A stretch of 32,363 bases of DNA from a virus. Taxonomy: Duplodnaviria; Caudoviricetes. The stretch is from IMG/VR virus record IMGVR_UViG_3300011114_000952, positions 1-32,363 of that record. One strand, 5' to 3'. This document shows positions 31,632 to 32,363 of this stretch, piece after piece (within the stretch, counting starts at the first letter, position 1; each line of letters begins with the position of its first letter). The position numbers and the translations under genes are program-made. The notes beneath the pieces were generated by a model. That model did not search any database, was not told where the DNA came from, and saw nothing but the letters and a program-made list of their open reading frames with translations.

Positions 31632-32363
31632 TACGGCGCGGCGGGCGTGGCCGGCGCAAAGGTAAGCAGCCCGGTCAGATCCAGGTTGGCAATACCGCCA
31701 ATGACAGCGAGCCCGTTTTGCAATGAGGATGTGATCTGATCGACGCTGGATTGCTGGTCGCCGCATCGGTGTTGGGATTGTCGAGAATCTTTCCCAGTTG
31801 GGCCACGATGTTGCTGTAGAAGGTGGACGCTGACGCACTCGATTGAATGAGCGTCTTGAACTGGGCGTCGATATTCTCGATGGCCGCGGCCTGATCGCCT
31901 CGCATCTGCTGGATTTGCTGATCGGAGAGCGCCGTTTGCGCCTGTAGCGTTCTGGCCTGTTCGGCCTGCTGCGCGGACAGCCCTGATTGAATGGCCGCCT
32001 GCTGCGTTTGCAAGGTGGCCGCCTGCGCGGCCCCCGCGGCTTGCGTCTGCCGCTGCTGCTCCCCCTGAACGCCAACGAGCCCCGTTTGCTGGGTCGCCTC
32101 TTGGGCTGACAGTGCCGCTTGCTGCGCCGCACCAGCCGCTTGCGTGGTACGCTGTTGCTCGCCCTGTAGCCCTACGCTCGTCAATTGATTGGCCTGGCCC
32201 GCATTGAATTGCGATCCTGTGTTCCTCGACCCGGCCGTGAATTGCAGCGCGTTGTTGTCTGCTGATTGATTGTCCCGTGACGCCTGCCCGTAGATATTAG
32301 CGTCTGCGGTGGCAATGGGCATTGCCGCATCAATCATCGCCGCTTGGCCGGCGCCTGCGGCCA
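31631..32363 (-). CDS. Gln/Ala-rich virion protein, 5'-truncated by the window, with an apparent 1-nt frameshift near 31755
   Basis: The frame is open from the window edge (AAGAGQAAMIDAAMPIA..) and stops at 31675 as given. Adding one base near 31755 gives ...TKQSSVDQITSSLQNGLAVIGGIANLDLTGLLTFAPATPAAP*, ending at a TAATG overlap. Confidence 0.7.

Noticed and set aside
31632-32132. N-terminal 167 aa of the 281-aa ORF 31287-32132
   Set aside because: Off-frame read of the upstream Gln/Ala-rich gene; the real gene most likely starts at 31631.
1-32363. Diversity-generating retroelement, IS or intron/intein
   Set aside because: No reverse transcriptase, transposase, TR/VR pair or intein motifs were seen in this window.

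Overview
Part of a temperate, probably podovirus-like phage genome in its non-integrated (attP-intact) form. The host is probably a betaproteobacterium (inferred from SSB style and overall GC richness). The left third is a lambdoid early region: a partial radical SAM gene, LuxR-type HTH, replication initiator with internal iterons, cro/cI switch, Bet + YqaJ exonuclease + KTSC + SSB, small accessory genes and a large serine integrase. The integrase's own 3' end contains a symmetric attP carrying the 3' 21 nt of a tRNA-Glu. The right two-thirds, on the minus strand, hold virion ejection-type genes followed by one 5970-aa polyvalent protein. By motif recognition it contains InPase, C5-cytosine MTase, L,D-transpeptidase, zincin/LPD1, DarA_C-like, DarB-like N6-adenine MTase + SF2 helicase, ART-PolyVal, two more HExxH peptidases and a PLxRFG-type C-terminus. 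A 99-codon TnpV-like gene with its own strong Shine-Dalgarno site is nested in the +1 frame of the linker just before the DarB module. All family assignments come from motif recognition by eye; no database searches were run.
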